Source: Chromera velia
Taxonomy: Eukaryota
Direction of reading: 5' to 3'
Length of the DNA: 51,373 bases
NCBI GenBank assembly: GCA_018398765.1
Contig: JAHBMJ010000290.1
Coordinates: forward strand, 1-51,373
This document shows positions 49,571 to 51,373 of the stretch, piece after piece (the first letter of the stretch is position 1; every line of letters starts with the position of its first letter). The position numbers were made by a program, and so were the translations under genes. The notes under the pieces are model-generated. The model was given only the letters and a program-made list of their open reading frames with translations. It was not told where the DNA came from and did not search any database.

Positions 49571-51074
49571 TGACTGACTGACTGACTGACTGACTGCCTG
49601 CCTGCCTGACTGGCTGACTGACTGACTGACTGACCGACCGACCGACCGACCGACCGACCGACCGACCGACTGACTGACTGACTGACTGACTGGCTGACTG
49701 ACTGGCTGGCTGACTGACTGACTGACTGACTGACTGACTGACCCTCCAGTGTTTGGTCAATGACTGCAGTCTGGTTGTGAGGATGGCGTGGGAGGAGAGG
49801 AACGACTGGCAGACCTTCTCGAGGACATGTTCCCAGGACTCTTTGCAGGAGTCCGTCCATTCATCATTCAACACCTGCACACACAATGCAGACATACGTG
49901 CAAATCCATTGTGCATTCATACATCTTCATACTTATGTACACACACACGCACACACACACACACACATATATACACCAATTCACATGGACACGCATACAC
50001 CACTCCGCATTCGGCAAGTACAGACAGCCTTTCATTCCCCTGCGTTAGATTATTGTTTGCATTGAACTGTCCGCACGTTATGCTTTCACCCTTTCCGCCG
50101 TATGCCCTGTATCAGTGAGGATCAAGCTTGTCATGGCGCAAGCGAAAGTGTACAAAGTGCTTCTTTGTGTTTCCACAGCTCAACCGAGGGCATTCGACGC
50201 AAAGGAACAAGAACCCCGCAAGCTTAGGAGAGGGGGAATGGGGGCTGAGGAGGGCGAGACAAAACAGACGACTGAATCCAGACGCCTCCCCGCAACTTCT
50301 GCTGACACTTCTCTCTCTGCTGACCTCATTGAGTGCTTCCACGGCAGCTCTCCGTATGGCCAGCAGTCCTGCCACGGGAACCTTATAGTGCACGTGTCTG
50401 AGGCACTTCAGCTGTAGTTCCCTATCGAGACGACCCCAGTCAGGAGCGAAGGCAACCACGGTTGCCAGAAGTGCTGTGCACAAACAAAGAAATTGATGAG
50501 TGGAGCAGGTCCGAAGTTGAGACAGAAACAACAATCAAGATTTAGATGATTAGCGTATGAAGAGAGTGAAATATAGACCCACAAGCGTGTTTCGAATTCT
50601 TGCCCTGCCTCCCTCGCTCCTTTTCTCTCTTCCTACCCCCCTCCTGCCTGCTTGTCTCTCCGTTCGTTCTCTTCTGTGTACTTCAGGCAAAACTCTGGCT
50701 GACGTTTCTGCCTTCCGATCTATCTTTCTTCTTTATTTTTCAACAACTCCTTGCTCTCTTCCAATTAAATTAAAGATCGGGGGATCCTTGGGGTAGCTGG
50801 GAGAGGCTCCCAAAAAAAAGAAAGAAAAGCAATCCAATGCCAAGCGTTCAGCATTCCGGAGCTGTAAGCAGCCTTTCGTGGAAGAAAGACACACTTGCAT
50901 TTGCTGGAACGATGTGACTACTAGCATGCCGAAACATAAACGCACAAGCGCCCGACAGACAGACAGAAAGAGAGAGAGAGAGAGACACAAACCTTCGAAA
51001 GAGTGAACCATCTCCGAGGGGCTCTTGCGGTAGCACGACAGGATCTGGGGGTGGTTGCAACTCAGGGCATCGTA
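38333..51074 (-). CDS. 5'-partial multi-globin / ankyrin-like / 6-TM TRP-like ion channel fusion (at least 26 exons, ~1165 aa in window)
   Basis: GT-AG, phase-consistent exons: 51074-50993, 50473-50325, 49874-49743, 49034-48624, 48386-48183, 47873-47777, 47596-47367, 46928-46836, 46439-46351, 45847-45701, 45406-45334, 44643-44570, 44270-44169, 44007-43915, 43632-43299, 43023-42900, 42524-42443, 42226-42184, 41933-41760, 41424-41351, 40923-40818, 40515-40399, 40064-39854, 39425-39349, 38982-38893, 38422-38333 (TGA). Globin motifs RHVHYKV and RHVIWGV; pre-S1 [17 protein letters not shown]6/TRP-helix [22 protein letters not shown]. Confidence 0.85.
45334..46439 (-). other. Globin-like domain 3 (most canonical)
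   Basis: [20 protein letters not shown] (C2 Pro, CD1 Phe), [11 protein letters not shown] (F8 His), [29 protein letters not shown] (G/H helices). Confidence 0.8.
49210..49742. repeat. Intronic (GTCA/GTCG/GCCA)n array with an embedded direct repeat of 116-bp period
   Basis: Tetranucleotide array starts exactly at the donor at 49742. A unique ~63-bp segment occurs at 49218 and again at 49334. Confidence 0.93.
49743..51074 (-). other. Globin-like domain 1 (A helix outside window)
   Basis: [15 protein letters not shown] (B/C/CD), [11 protein letters not shown] (F helix with proximal His), [26 protein letters not shown] (G/H helices). Confidence 0.75.
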
Positions 51075-51119
51075 CTGCAGTGCAGACAGGGAGAGAAAGT
51101 GCATGTATTGAGTCGTGTG

Positions 51120-51232
51120 TGCACACATACAGACACACACACACACACACACGCACGCACACATAGATACACATACGCGCGCGCGCACACACACACGCAC
51201 ATATACATACGCGCGCGCGCACACGCACACGC

Positions 51233-51270
<38 letters not shown>

Positions 51271-51313
51271 GCACGCACACGCACACGCACACGCGCACAG
51301 ACACAGACACACG

Positions 51314-51344
<31 letters not shown>

Positions 51345-51373
51345 GGAGCGAGAGAGAGAGAGAGAGAGAGAGA
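51120..51373. repeat. Intronic (CA)n/(CG)/(GA)n microsatellite running off the window end
   Basis: Directly visible, upstream of the first visible channel exon. Confidence 0.95.

Overview
Eukaryotic genomic DNA with GC-rich exons, microsatellite-filled introns and AT-rich intergenic islands. The TGCATGCA arrays and gene style suggest an alveolate (chromerid/apicomplexan-like); this is inference. Most entries in the ORF track are microsatellite or antisense artefacts, so genes were rebuilt by hand from splice sites and reading phase. Contents: a decayed, tandemly duplicated gene (0.4-2 kb); a Cys-rich single-pass membrane protein; a MITE-like element; a secreted protein of unknown function; a ZRANB3-like SNF2-HNH gene with an unusual topoisomerase-type zinc ribbon; a block of pseudogene fragments (ankyrin, PRP5/DDX46-like); NDC80; a 97-aa secreted 8-Cys peptide gene. 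The highlight is a gene of at least 26 exons (about 1165 codons, 5' end outside the window) that fuses three tandem globin-like domains and an ankyrin-like repeat to a 6-TM TRP-like channel, a candidate heme/gas-sensing ion channel. Duplicated or dead DNA shows almost only transition mutations, suggesting RIP-like or methylation-driven decay.
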